NCBI RefSeq assembly: GCF_036321535.1
Contig: NC_087436.1
Location: 116,686,001-116,750,000 of the forward strand
Length of the DNA stretch: 64,000 nt
DNA from: Camelus dromedarius
Lineage: Eukaryota
Reading direction: 5' to 3'
In this document: one piece after another, positions 25,926 to 38,862 of the stretch
Position numbering within the stretch: position 1 is the first letter of the stretch
How the letters are laid out: every line of letters starts with the position of its first letter
Notes under the pieces: generated by a model
What the model was told of the DNA's origin: nothing
The model's input: only the letters and a program-made list of their open reading frames with translations
Database searches by the model: none
Program-made: the position numbers and the translations under genes

Positions 25926-26332
25926 ACTTCAGTTTCTCTTCACATGCCTTCAATTCACAAAAGTTGAAAAAAGTATTTAAATATCTGCCTGAATGTGTTC
26001 CAGGTCATTGATGTGTTTTCCTATCGGTCTGTGTTTGTGTGATAATTTTATGATTTCATGCACTGAAAAATGCTGTGGGGCTAATCATGTCACACTCCTC
26101 TTTAAAGGTGAGAAAAGAAAGAATCCGTTAAATTAGATAACTTGCTGAAATCCATTCAATGAGTGGAGCCAAGAGGGCTCTGAGCTAAGCCAGCGTAACT
26201 CTGAAGCCTGACAGTCTTGTAGGTCTGTCTCCCAGCAGGGCCTGTGAGAGCCAGGAAAGTCTTCCTTTCGCTCCGTCTCAGGTACCATGGACCTACTTGA
26301 ACATGAAGGGGCTTTAAAATTCCTGCTTTTCA

Positions 26333-26493
26333 GGGAGAAGGTATAGCTCAAGCGGTATAAAGTATATGCTTAGCATGCATGAGGTCCTGGGTTCAATCCC
26401 CAGCAGCTCTTCTAAAAATAAGTAAGTGTAATTACCTCCCCCACCCACTCCAAAATAAAGTAATTAAGTAATACAATAATACATTGTTTTCTT
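26333..26493 (+). mobile_element. tRNA-Ala-derived camelid SINE (vic-1 type)
   Basis: A box tagctcaagcgg (26344-26355), cttAGCatg anticodon arm, B box ggttcaatcc (26390-26399), C-rich segment and AT-rich tail; 13-bp TSD aattcctgctttt at 26318-26330 and 26494-26506. Confidence 0.88.
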
Positions 26494-26924
26494 AATTCCT
26501 GCTTTTTGGTTCTTTTGGTTTGTTGGGTTTTTTTTTTTCTCCTGTAATTCTTCCATGCGATCTACCCAAGGTCGTCATACCCTGAGTGGACTTCCCAGAA
26601 AGTAAAAACTCACCTTCTCGAGCATTGGCATAGGAAAGTCCTATTCAGACTCACAGGCAATCTGCATGCATCCCGCATCTTTTATTCACACACATGGGGA
26701 TCATGTACCCACCAGTTAGTGTCTGGTGACCCCATGACATGCTTTAGTGGCCCTGTGGGAGGCTCCAGGGAAGATCAAGGCAGCTGGGCATTTAGACATA
26801 CATTCCTTTTGACCTTGACTCTTCTCCCCGACACCAGCTTTACTCCCTGTCCCTCCCTTCCCTCCTCTTCCTCCCGACTTCCACTCTTCCTTCCTGCGGT
26901 CCTTCCTTTCCTCTCCCCTCATCT

Positions 26925-27452
26925 TCCCCCCTTTTTTGGTCTAGCAAATTCCAGCTCATCTTAAAGGTTTCAGCTTTAATATCACTCCGCCTTCCAAGGG
27001 AAGTCTTTTCTGACTCCCCAGACTAGAATATATTTGCCTCTTGTGCACTTGTGGGTCCTCTTTGTTTCTGTCTCTGATCATTATTTCTCATTCAGTGTCT
27101 CTCTACCCTATTAGATTTTAAACTCCAAGAAGGTAGGGACAAGATTTTTTCTTTTTCACCTGTTTCCAGCCCAATACCTGGCAAATAGCAGGTAGGGAAG
27201 TGGATAACTGTTGCTAAATGAATGAATGTCTGATCAGGTCCTATTCATTGCATTGATCACAGGTTGTAGTTTTATAGATACTTGTAAACTCCATTCATTG
27301 ACTTTCTCCTCCTCTGGGCTGTGAGCTTCATGAAGATGACGATTAGGTTGTCTTCCACCTAGTTGTATTTTTAGTGCTTAATAGAGTGCTTGGTACATGA
27401 TAAGATATTCAACAGATAGTGAATGGATGGATGAGCAAATGAATGAATAAAT
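26925..27452 (+). mobile_element. Two tandem L2 3' fragments
   Basis: ggaagtcttttctgactccc ... aactccaagaaggtagggac ... aaatgaatgaatg; then gtgagcttcatgaag ... agtgcttggtaca ... gaatggatggatg. Confidence 0.7.
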
Positions 27453-27611
27453 GATATTTCAGGAAAAGCTATAAATACTACCTACCCTATTAACCACATT
27501 CTCACTATACCAAACTGCCTTCAATTCTTCTTTGGTAAAAAGCAGGGATCTTTGTAGCATCAGACTTAGGTTCCCATAGCAGTCCAGCCACTAACTAGAT
27601 GCAAACATAGG

Positions 27612-28447
27612 TATTAGATTATTGGCCTTTGAAGACCACAATAACCTCCTTCCCTGTTTCTCCCACTTGAGTGATCTTTTCCCACATTAGTTCGGATTTG
27701 GCCATGTGATTTGCTCTGGCGAACAGGGCCATAGCAAACGGTGCAAGCAGAGTCTTGGAAAAGGCTTGAGCATTGGGACGTTCCCTTTCTTGCTGCAGTT
27801 AGAGCCCTGAATCCATCATGTGGATGAGCCTGAGCTAGCCGACTGGATGAGAAGCCACATGGAGAACTGAGGTACCCGGCTGACTTCTTGCCCATTGACA
27901 GAAACATGAATGTGACAACCCCACATCATCCAGCTGCCTACCAACCCCCTTGCAGAGACCAGATGATCAGGTCCTGTTATAGGTTGAATTGTGTCCCCAA
28001 AATGCATATATTAAAGTCCTAACCTCCAGTGCCTCTAAATATGACCTTCCTTGGAGACAAGTTCTTTAAAGACATAATCAAGTTAAAATGAGATTCTTAG
28101 GATGGGCCCTAATCTGATGTGACTGGTGGGCTTAAAAGAAGGATAAACATGGACACAGACACAAGAGAATGTCATATAAAGATGAAGACTGCCAGGTATC
28201 CTTCCCTCACTGCCATCAGAAGGAACCACTCTGCCAACACCTTGATTCAGACTTCTAGCCTCCAAAATTAGGAAACAATTCACTTCTGCTGCTTTAGCCA
28301 CCCACTCTGTGGAAGTCTGTATTATAGCAGCCCCAGAAAACTAACTCGGGTCCAGACCAAAAGAGCTGACCAACTGACCCACACAACAGGGAGCTCAATC
28401 AGACTGTTATTGTTTGAAGCCCCTCATGCAGCAAAAACTAGTTGATT
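27612..28447 (+). mobile_element. Old MaLR LTR (MLT1H/J-like) interrupted by a younger LTR
   Basis: ttggccatgtgatttgctctggc ... gccacatggagaactgagg ...; resumes after 28353 with ctgacccacac ... ttattgtttgaagcc ... tgcagcaaaaactagttgat. Confidence 0.7.
27975..28348 (+). mobile_element. Complete MaLR solo LTR (MLT1B/C-like)
   Basis: Starts tgttataggttgaattgtgtcccc and ends tatagcagccccagaaaactaactcg; 5-bp TSD ggtcc at 27970-27974 and 28349-28353. Confidence 0.9.
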
Positions 28448-28528
28448 AAGTGGATAAATGAATCTCTCTAGGCTCTAGTTTTCACAATTACAAAAGGAGT
28501 TTAAACCCATTTTCCTCCCATGATTATC

Positions 28529-28614
28529 AAAATTTGTAGACACTGACAGGCATAGGCAGAATAGATAAACAAGATTATACTGTATAGCACAGGGAAATAT
28601 ATACAGGATCTTGT
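28529..28614 (+). mobile_element. Internal fragment of young L1 3'UTR, no poly(A)
   Basis: tagataaacaagattatactgtatagcacagggaaatatatacaggatctt closely matches the reverse complement of ~38992-39042. Confidence 0.8.
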
Positions 28615-31454
28615 CCTGCTCAGCACAGGAACTGACGTATAAATACTATTTGATGAGGGCTTACTTTCTGTGTTACCTTGGGAGTGTATGGTGAGTCAAA
28701 ACCAGAGTTCTTAACCCAAGAAAATAAAAACTTCTTCCTTTGAATTATTTTAACTGATGCTGTATATAGAGCATCAGTTTATACAAATCTACAGTATCTA
28801 ATGGAGAGCACTAAGAGAAGAGCAGACACTTAACAATGACTTGCTGGCAGTTTAAATGGACCAGGGTTCAGGCAGAGCAAAATTAAAATATTGAAATATT
28901 GAAAATAAAATTATTGAAATACCTCTAAAACATAAATAGATTACCCCTCAATTGTAGGGGTAATGGAAACTAGTTGAGAAATGAGCTCCCACTAACCCAA
29001 GATCACATAGCTGATGTTCAATACAAGCAAGAAGAAGAGACAGGTGTTTCTCATTCCAGACCCCAAGCCCCCTCTGTAGCACTTGAAGGCCTGGGTCTAT
29101 GTGCCTTGAACGGCCTCAGGAAGCCACTGGCACTATCAAGTCACAAGATAATCGCTGTTCGTGTGCATCGGAAACAAGACTAACAAAACCCAAATGCACT
29201 GTTCTAGCGCATTCTGGTAATATCGAGGTGCCGCATAAGGACACTGTGTGTCTTTAAGGACACCCTTTGGGTTGGGAGACCTCAGCCTCCCACAGCTTCA
29301 TTTATTGCACTTGAACTCAAGAAGAGGAAGTCCCACCTGCACACAGATCACAACACCCAAGGGCTGTGGCCACATTTCACAGGAAACCAGACCTAAAACG
29401 GACTGAGGCAGAGTTTCTGCGAAAGGACACTACTTAACATTGAGAATAACTCTACACTCAGCCAATTGAACGGATTGCCAGCTCCTGAAGTTCCTCGTGA
29501 TGCTACCACGGAGCCCCCCACCAAGGGACATCTCAGCACAAGGCTGTTTGTGCTCCCCACACTGCTCAGGTAAACCACGTAGGCCAGCCTGGTCTAAGTG
29601 GTCATCTCTGTGTCATAAAGGATCATTGGGAAAGAGCTGACCACCAAGAATAAAAGGTTTTTCTAACATGGAATGCAGGGCCTTCTATAAAGCATCAAAC
29701 AGGCAGAAAGCAAGCCAGTTCTCTTAATCAGCTTTTAAAAATCCCTTTATTCTGCTGGAAGAAGGAATCATGATACTAACCGATAAAAAAATGAAAAGAT
29801 TAAATTGAAACAATTGTCTCTTCCTGGAGCTTGGGGCCCTCGACTGTGGGCTACTAAAATCTAGAGGCCAGAAAAGTTGTGGGCTTTCTTGGCTGAATTT
29901 TATCAAGATAGCCTTGATTCAAAGTAGGCGTTAAGTCCTAGAGCTTCTGTGAGTATACGTATATTTTTTTAACTTTCTAACTTGAAATGGTTTTCTTTCT
30001 GTCTTGGTGTGGAGAAGGGTGTGAACTTTGCATTCATGCTGACCATCCTCCCTCTGTAGAGGTGAGGAGTCCAAAATGGGGGAGCGAAGTTAGGGTAAAA
30101 TGCCCACCTTCTGGGGGTACCAGGAGGCATCTCTTCCAGACGCCTCTTCTTCTTAGAGAGAACAAAGAATAAACTAGAGCAAGGCAGAAAAGAGAACGGG
30201 TGTCCCCAAATGTCTATACTTTAAAAGACCAATGCAGCTGGATTCCATCAGCGCTGGTTTTATTACTCTGTACCAACGTTACTTACCTACTTATCTCTCC
30301 CTGTTGTGGCATGGCCCCTCAAGGAAGCTGTTCCTTTGGATTCTCAAGGGCCACCCAAGTCACAGGGAATAGGCATTTCAAAAACCAGGAAGCCAATCGT
30401 AGGTCAGGCTAATTGGAGGTCAGTTACGAAATGACAAAGCTTCAGAAATCCTCTGAGAAACTAAAGATAAAATATGCCTTAGAGAAGCAAGAAGGGCAAC
30501 TGGTGTTTATTTAACTCTGTTTCTTGCCAACCCATCTCTATGCATTAACTCATTTAATCCTTACATCCAACCTTGAAAGTCAAGTATCATTTTCCCTGGT
30601 TTACCAATGAAGAACTTGAGTGGCCCAAGTAAACGCTCAGGGTGGTCCAGGCACTGATATCAGTAACAGAATTCAAAACTACACTGATTTGCACCTGATT
30701 CTGACTGATGTGAATGGTGGCCGCTGTTCCTTTGCAGCTTCATAGAGCTCATCTTTTGTCTGTTCATGGAGTGCCCTCTTAAAGGTGATATTTCTCTTTC
30801 TTTTCTCCAAGGCGCCCTCTCAGATGACTCTATAAACAAGACCATCCTAAAACCAAAGGTCATGTGGTTTTCTGTACTATCTGGCTCCCTCTTGCTTAAC
30901 GCCTGAACCCATCTCCAGCTCACTTTGCCATGAGTCAGATGCTGTCTTGGAAAGACTGTAGAATTTAAAATCTAACTCAGTCGCTCAGGATCCCAACTCT
31001 GCAGCTTGAACAGATATGTTACTTTATTCCTTCTAATCCTCAATTCCTGCATCTTTACAACGGAGCAAGAGCACATCACTTGTATTGACAACTTTTTAGC
31101 CTCAATAATATAATATTTATATTCAATGACATACAGTGTATAGTTACTACCTAGCATGTACTCAGCAAATGTTGGCTCTTTCTCCATTACTTTCCTTTCC
31201 TCATCCGACATCAGCTCTGGCATTATTCCTAAAACATGATCATAATCAGCATGGAATTGATTCATACAGATAAATTATGATGATTTCACTTTAATAATCT
31301 CATTAGAGGATAGTCACATACCACAGTTACATGGCCTTGCACGACATACAGAGCTTTTGAGCACATTGTCTATTTAACGATCTCAACAACTTAATGAAGT
31401 AGGCAGGGTAGTAGTAGATATTAAAACTGAGGCTCAGGTAGTTGATGAGGATGG

Positions 31455-31700
31455 ACGGTATGGTGATAGGGAGAGGAGGCTTTGAGGTCTGTCAAAGCTG
31501 AATGTGAATGGGGCGTGTGACTTAATTATGTGTTTGGGGGTAAGTGGCTTAACTTCTCTGACCTTAGGTTAGCTGTCACTGGTGTTTCGTAGTTCAAAAC
31601 TGGGTGGATTAATACACATTATGGGTTGCTAAGTGATGAAAAAGAGCATCTTTGGAGTGTCTGACACAGGAGATGTGCAGGAAACGGATAAACGGCAGTC
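31455..31700 (+). mobile_element. MIR SINE
   Basis: tatggtgataggg ... ggctttgagg ... ggtaagtggcttaacttctctgaccttag. Confidence 0.6.
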
Positions 31701-33294
31701 ATGGAGTGTTGACACCAAGGTCACAGGGAGCAGCAGAGTTAAATCTAGAAGTATCCTTTTATGAATACCGCCACATCCAGCAGTTAGATTCACCGTTGCA
31801 GGCAACTGCCAAGGTCCAACAGGCCCTAGGCTCTGGACAGTGGCTCCAGGCCATGCCTACCCGTCCTAGCATGAGAAAGACAGAATGTTCAGAAGGGTTA
31901 AATTATTAAACAGAAATGAGTAGTTGAGCCTAAGTTAGATTTAAAATTTTTAACAGATTGAATAAAATTTTCAATGATTTTGGAAAGTTATCAAGAAGGC
32001 TGAGAAACATCAGGTTATACAGGTTAGCTATGAAAAACAGAATTGTGGGAAACAGCATCATAGAAAGTTTTGTGATTTTTTTTTGCTTCTGTTACATCTG
32101 CAGACAGAATACTTTGGGAATCAGCACCATGCTTCTTCATCTTAATTTTAATCATGACTTCCAAACAGCAATGACCAGTAGATTGCCATTTGAGTGCCTG
32201 CTATGTGCTGTATAATGAATACTCATTGTTTCTCACTTTTTTAGTAGATACACTTATTCTTATTCCAAAAAGAGGATACCGAGGTTCAGAGATTCCATAC
32301 AGTGTCCATTTCACACCAGAAAGCGGAAGCAGGTCTACTGAAATCCCAAGCTCCTGCTCTTTGCACTCCATTCCATCAGAGCCCGGCTGGATGTGCTCAG
32401 GGTCATGATCACAGTATCGTTTTCCTTCAGACTAACCAACAGCATTTTAGAAGTCCCAGATATGCCATAAGCAACAGTAAAAATATGCATGTGAGTTTGT
32501 TTTTCATATTTCATTGGTGATGCTAACTGAAACACTGTTTCCCAAGCACTTATGTGTGGTAATTAGAATGCCACCTTGTTTACATGGCTTTGTGCATAGC
32601 TGTTTGCATATTAATGAGCCAAGTATGAGCCAAAAGATCTGGGTACCACATGGAAATTCAATACCCATGCATTTGAGGGCATAGTCCTTAATTGTGGTGT
32701 CTTCTCTGTTGTATTTAGCATGAGATAAATACGAAAGTTGGCTAGTAACCCCAGCCCAGCTTCTGAGAGGACTGAGCATTTGTGGTGTCCTTAGGGACCC
32801 ACACTGAGTCATCAGCTTTGCAGATTCAGAAGACTTATTTTATCCAAGGCACTCAGAGTTGATGGGACTTAAGGGCATTGCCAGACTCTGGTATTCGGGG
32901 CCCTACCTCCATCCATCTTCTGTGACTTTGTTCAAGTGTTAAAAGTGTACTCAAGTTGTAAGTTCCCTCTCAGGAGGCAAATCTACACAGGATATCAAAT
33001 GACTGTCAGGAGGTGGCTTGGTTAGCACAAAGTCAGAGCTGGGTCATTGTAATAGCTGGGTTTGCTAAGCTATTGATGATCTGCTATCTCAACAGGCACC
33101 TGGGAGCCAGGCTGCCCTACAACTGCTTATGAATATTCATAGAGCAGGTCACCCTTACTCTTGGGCATATCTAGGGATCTCCTGACCACTCCATCTCTAT
33201 GGGCCTTCCCAGAGAACACGTCCACACAGTCCTTATCCCAAACTCCTACTTCTGTTGCCAAGCTCTCTCTGTTAAACCACCCCACCCAGTCTCT

Positions 33295-33520
33295 GAGAAA
33301 TAGATAGCCTGGGTTTGAATTCAGACTGTTACTTCCTAGCAGGTTAATTTTAGACAAGTTATTTAACTTCTCAGAACCTTAGATTATCATTTATAAACTG
33401 GAATTGCAAGACCTACCTTTTGCATTTGTGTTGAGAAATGAGATACAATATGTAAAAGTTACATGTTATATAGTGTCTAGCAATAATTAAGTGCAAAGTA
33501 AATGCTAATGGCTATATTAT
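33295..33520 (+). mobile_element. MIR SINE
   Basis: gcctgggtttgaattc ... acaagttatttaacttctcagaacctt ... catttataaactgg ... aaatgagatacaatatgtaaa. Confidence 0.75.
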
Positions 33521-34382
33521 CATTTTTAGCAGTTATCATGAGTTTACATTCAAATAAACCATCTTTAGATTCTTTTGGGGAGGGTGTCACTTTTTAAGAA
33601 TTTTGGCCTATAAAGAAGTCTTATTTTGAGTTGATTTCTACAGAAAGTTAATCTCCTCATTTTTGCATTTATTTCAATCAGTCATCTATCAAAGCTTTAG
33701 TAGTATCTTCCAACTCCTCAAATGCACTGATCCTCTGAAAATACAAAGATTTCATGAAAAATGATAGAAGTTCCTTTGGAATACTTTCCTTGCCAATTTC
33801 ATATCCTCTGTGCCGTTCATGGTGCTGAAACTTAGAAGTTGCTCAATACTTGCCTGTTGAACTAGACTTGCAAAAGTTCAGAATTTACAAAATGCTTTCA
33901 CTTCCATGGTCTCATTTGGTTTCCAGAATCTTCCTCTGAGCAAAGGAGCATGAGTGCTTATATCCTCATTTTTCAGATTAGAGATAGTGAGGGTCAACTT
34001 GCACAATTCACAGTACAATTCAGTGTACCTGGGCTTAAAGACCTGCCTCACATCTTGCTAGGAAAGTGATCCTGAATAAAAGAAGGGACAAAGAAAGCAT
34101 TAATTATATAAAGGAAGTTCAATTTAGGAGTTAAATTCTAAATGCTCTTGAAGTTACAAATTAAGTGATGATCTCATCTGAATCCATACTGTGCATTTGT
34201 TCGCTAGACAGATTTGGCCAAAGAAGGACTCTCACTGAACAAAACGACAGAATTGTTCAATATTGAAAAATCTGGGTCACTTGGATTGTTGCCTTACCAT
34301 GGAATCTAAATTAAATGGAATGTCCTACATAGGGTTCTAGCATTCAGTAAGTGGTACCACCAATATCATTGTAATTGTCATC

Positions 34383-34383
<1 letters not shown>

Positions 34384-34425
<42 letters not shown>
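34384..34425 (+). repeat. (TTA)14 microsatellite
   Basis: Directly visible perfect trinucleotide run. Confidence 0.95.
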
Positions 34426-34427
<2 letters not shown>

Positions 34428-34477
34428 TACATCACTCTTAGTCCAGTCTTGGTTAGACTACCTGACTTTTCATGCCT

Positions 34478-34778
34478 TTTCTTTTTTTTTTCTTCCCTTT
34501 TTTTTTTTTAATTGAAGTAAAATTTGACTCATAAAGTTGTATTGGTTTCTGGTGTACAACATAGTGATTCAGTGATATATATAAATATATACATATTCTT
34601 TTTCATATTCTTTTTCATTACAGGTTACTACAAGCCTTTGAATATGGTTCTCTGTATACATTTTACTGTATAGATCTCTGACAGATCTATACAGTAAAAT
34701 GTTGTTGTTTATTCTGTGCATAGTAGTGCTTTGTATGTGCGAATCCCAAGCTCCCAATTTATCCCTCCCTCCCACCCC
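34478..34778 (-). mobile_element. L1 3'UTR fragment with TSD
   Basis: T-rich tail, aattgaagta ... tttctggtgtacaacatagtgattcag ... ctcccaatttatccctccc; TSD tttcatgcct at 34468-34477 and 34779-34788. Confidence 0.9.
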
Positions 34779-36022
34779 TTTCATGCCTCTTCTTTGGATT
34801 TTAAGTTTCCCTCAGACTTCTTTGAGGTCCTTCTTATGGTGAAACTGGTCCTCAGATAATGACTAGCATACAGCAGGTGCTTAGTAATGACTGCTTAAAG
34901 AATGACAACGCTTTCATCATTGGGCTTGAGTTGTTCAGGGGAGGTAGGCTGTCCTGTATGTTGTGATTGACAGACAAATAGATTCATTCCTGAATCTCAG
35001 TTTATTTTCTTATATCTTTCTTTTTCCTAAAATTTGCCTTCAGTACTGCCCCAATGTATTAATCAATCAATGGAGAATCCATCACAGTTGGGAATCTTCA
35101 GATTAACCTCAGCCTGGCGGTACCTGCCCATAATCGGTGTGCTTCTAGCATCATTTATGAGAGCCAAATGAAAACAGGAACAAGGTGAACACGTGAACTT
35201 TCAAAAAAAAAAATCTAATTAGACTCTTAATCATCTATATTTTATTTACAGTCTCATTTTATCTGAACAGTAAAATAACTTTAATGATAAGAGAGCAGAA
35301 AAAGGAAGGGAGGAGGAAATTAAGCAAGAAGGAAGGGAGGACAGAGAGAAGAAAGGAATATGAGAAAACAAGATGAGTGAATGAGGAAAAGGAAGAGCTA
35401 TTTACTACTGAATGGGGGGAAAAGAAAAAATTCATACCACTGAAGGAAGGGAATCTTTTTTTCAAAAGAGAAAAGGAGATGGCTTTTGACAACAAAAAGC
35501 TCCAGGAGTAATAAATTCCTAAACGATAGATTGCATCAGCTCATTAAGGGTGTTTTCAAAACCATTTAAAATAAAAAACGGATGCATATGTACATGGCCT
35601 AGAGATACATAAGGGAAGTTACTTGTTACCAAGACAGTTGGTAAAAATCTTTTGCCAGTTAACAAAATATGTCCATACTTAAATATCAGAAAAAATAGGA
35701 AAGCAATCTCCCATATTCCTCAAAAAAAATCTATAATAACAATCCATTTGACTTCAAATGCCTCCATTCACTGGAAATCCAATAAAATTAAATGTTATAT
35801 TTAATTAAATTTAGCTGATTGCCCTGACCAGGAGATAGAATTAGAAATCCAATCAGCATATATCTTTCTCTAAATATGAGCATCTCTAAAATGAAACTTT
35901 CTCATTTGTGATATGAAGATAGAAAAAAATTACATATCATTGTGACCAAAATTAATAAATATCTTCATCTGAGAAATCTTGGTTTCAACAAGCTTGCTCA
36001 AAACCCATGCATGCGTGCACAG

Positions 36023-36068
36023 ACACACACACACACACACACGCACACACACACACGCACACACACAC
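36023..36068 (+). repeat. Imperfect (CA)n microsatellite
   Basis: Directly visible, with two CG interruptions. Confidence 0.95.
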
Positions 36069-38307
36069 TTCCTGGCTGTCTTCCCCAAATATGTCATGTC
36101 ACTCCCTCCCTTGACCCCAGATGACATCCACCATTTTAGATATGTTGGGTGCTACTGTGTAAAGAATTAGATGCATGTTGTATGTATTTTATATTCAGTT
36201 CTTTTCTTGTTTTCCTGTTTTAATGAGAAAAAGCATCAACCCTTAATTTAGACCCTCTCCTTCAGCCTTGACCTAGTTTGAGCTGCATGGCTACATCTTC
36301 GCTTTATGACAGATTCTAATATTCTTTTCAACAATTCTTAGTTTGCTTCCGGTCATTTCCTGTATCTATTTAGGTACGTCGTCATTATGAGAATGATGTT
36401 TCTTAAATTTTGCAATAAAACAGAGGCTAGCAGTTTCATAAGTTTTATCTTCAAGGAATAAAGAAGAAATGCTTGGGAGCAAAACAAAAAATTTCCTTAC
36501 TGTAAAAGCATTGTTTTCCCTTCATGAAATATTAATTTCAGATCAGGTTGAAATGCAGCAGAAATATTTATGATAAAAATGTCTCTTTGCAAGCTCATTT
36601 TGGCATCAGTGAATTCCCAGTGGAGAACAAGAGTTCTCCAGGAATAACAAGGAAATGGGATTTGTTGTTTTACATGTTTCCAATTGTTTAAATTGCTTAT
36701 GATACCAGAAGGGTATTAATTATTCTTGGATTAAGATCCTCACCAAAATTCATTCTATTTATAAAACAAGTCTTTCCTTCCTAACACATTCACTAAGACC
36801 TCAGGTGTGTTCCAAGTTCAGAAGCAGCCATTCTGGGTTTAATGCACAAATGTAATGTCTATTCTTTGGAAGTCTTACAAATGCTCCCAATCTGCAGAAT
36901 CCCATTCCCTTTGTTTCGGTGTTCTGAAACATGGGTGTGCTTTAACCAACAAGTCCATTACCTTTACAAAATGCTTTTCAACCTGCAAAGTGAGCTAATC
37001 AAATATCGTCATCTCCAAAATGGTGGGGTTATTTGGCCAAAATGGACGATTAGGGCAGGGACCCCTTTACCCTCAGGACCCCAGTCACGCTGTGCGCCTA
37101 TCTTTGACATCGTCCTCTTTATACCTTGAGGGGGATAAATAAGCTTCATAGGGAAGCAGCAGAGCATAGTGTAGTATTTCTCAAGTTGGGGTTCCTTTTG
37201 GACCCCCAAGGAGCCCCAGACGCTTAGGGGTCTCCACATCTCACAGAAACTCTATTATTGAAATGAAAGTATGGATTTCTAAGCCAAAATAAATTAATCA
37301 CAACCCTATACCAGCCCTTTTGCCTAGGCTTTGGAGCCCAGTGGACAGTCAGGCAATTCTAGCCTTCAGCTTGGCATTTACAATTAGATCTGCACTGGTG
37401 TCTAATTTTTAATGCAGTCAGTATTTTCCCTTGTTGGAGAAATAAACAGGTGTCATGAAAACAGGTGGCCTCTTCCTGTGACTCCCCAAGGGCCCAGGGT
37501 CTCTTCCTGCCCAGTCCCTCCCTGACTGGGGGACCGTGCAGGCAGGGTGCAGTTGGCACCCCCACGGCACGGCCAGCTCTGGACAGATTAGTACCGTTTG
37601 CACCGAGCGCCCCACTGTGACTGACAGATGGCACCTAAGAGTCACTTCTCTTTGGCAGCCAAAACCATGCTTAGGCTTTATTTCTGTGGCTAACTTGGAA
37701 GAGAAATGATAGAAATGCCTTGGTTCCTATAGAAAATGAATGTGCCAAACACAGTGAGATGTGGCCACGGCTGGGGCACCCCAGGGTCTCAGGTCCCTGA
37801 GTGAAGGCAGGAAAAGCAAGGGTCTGATGATGCTCCTTTATCTCAGACGGTGTCTAGATACTAAAGCTTCCCGGAGGAAGACCTGCAGGCCTGGGGATGC
37901 TCCTCAGCCTGGAAGTCCCTCCTCCCTTTGGTTATCAGACCCCAAGTCAGGATCAGGGTTCCTTCTAAGGAAAACTGTAGAGGAGCTGGGAGGAAACCCT
38001 TCTCCGTGGATTCCCTCGGTGTGCCTTCCCACTGGGCGTGCCTTCCTCTGAATTCCACGAACACCTCATGTTCCTCTATTATTTGGAGATACATATTTAA
38101 TCTCACTCCTTTGCAATTATTTACAGCACCATGGAGAAAACAGACGAGTGCTATGAGGTCAGAGCCTTGCTCTGTGGTCTCTCACACCTCGTGTCTGGAC
38201 CACGCCCTGCACACAGCAGACCCTCAATAAATGCGGAACAAATTCTACCTTGTACTGCAGCTGTGGGAACCCAGCTTTTACTTACTTGTTGCTTACAGAC
38301 AAGATCT

Positions 38308-38447
38308 CTTTTTTAAAAATATTCATTTCTTATTCAGGTGAAATGCACCTAACATAAAATTAATCATTTTAAAGAGAACAATTCAGTGGCATTTAGGACA
38401 TTTCCAGCATCGTGTAACCACCACCTCCATCTCATCCCCGAACGTGG
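38308..38447 (-). mobile_element. L1MB-like 3' end with TSD
   Basis: taacataaaattaatcattttaaag ... aattcagtggcatttag ... gtaaccaccacct; 14-bp TSD tacagacaag(a/g)tct at 38294-38307 and 38448-38461. Confidence 0.85.
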
Positions 38448-38862
38448 TACAGACAAGGTCTGACAGAGGAACTGCTGTTCGGTGGCCTTGCTCACTCTCA
38501 CTGAGGTCATAAACATTGGGATGCGGTAGCTTTCTTTTAAACATTTCATCGAGAATTAACTCAGAAGTAACTATTAACGTATGGAGGATTCTTGGTGAGC
38601 AGTGGTGGTTCCTCTCTTTCCATTTCAGATGAGCTTAGAACAGCAAGGAGAATGGAAATGTGATTATTTGTTACTTTCCATAACAGAGAATTGTCAGCGA
38701 GGGGTGGGTGATGGGCAGACGTTAATGAGTGGGTTAACATTCATACATCCACTTCCTCTGCTCACTGTCCATTAAAATTCCTGGGACATCTGAAAAATGT
38801 CAGTCCCTGGGCTCTAGCTCAGAAGAACTGACTCAAAAATTGGGGGGCATCAGTATTATTTT

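Noticed and set aside
26333..26410. Functional tRNA-Ala gene
   Set aside because: Stem mismatches, a non-tRNA 3' body, an AT-rich tail and a TSD show it is a SINE
30790..30865. Strong-looking splice acceptor tttctctttcttttctccaag
   Set aside because: No convincing downstream donor (only aag|gtcatg) and no other support
35930..36170. His/Thr-rich and Cys/Val-rich ORFs
   Set aside because: They are translations of the (CA)n repeat
36320..36380. Possible 32-nt micro-exon (36342-36373, donor tag|gtacgt)
   Set aside because: Weak acceptor; such pairs are expected by chance in 64 kb
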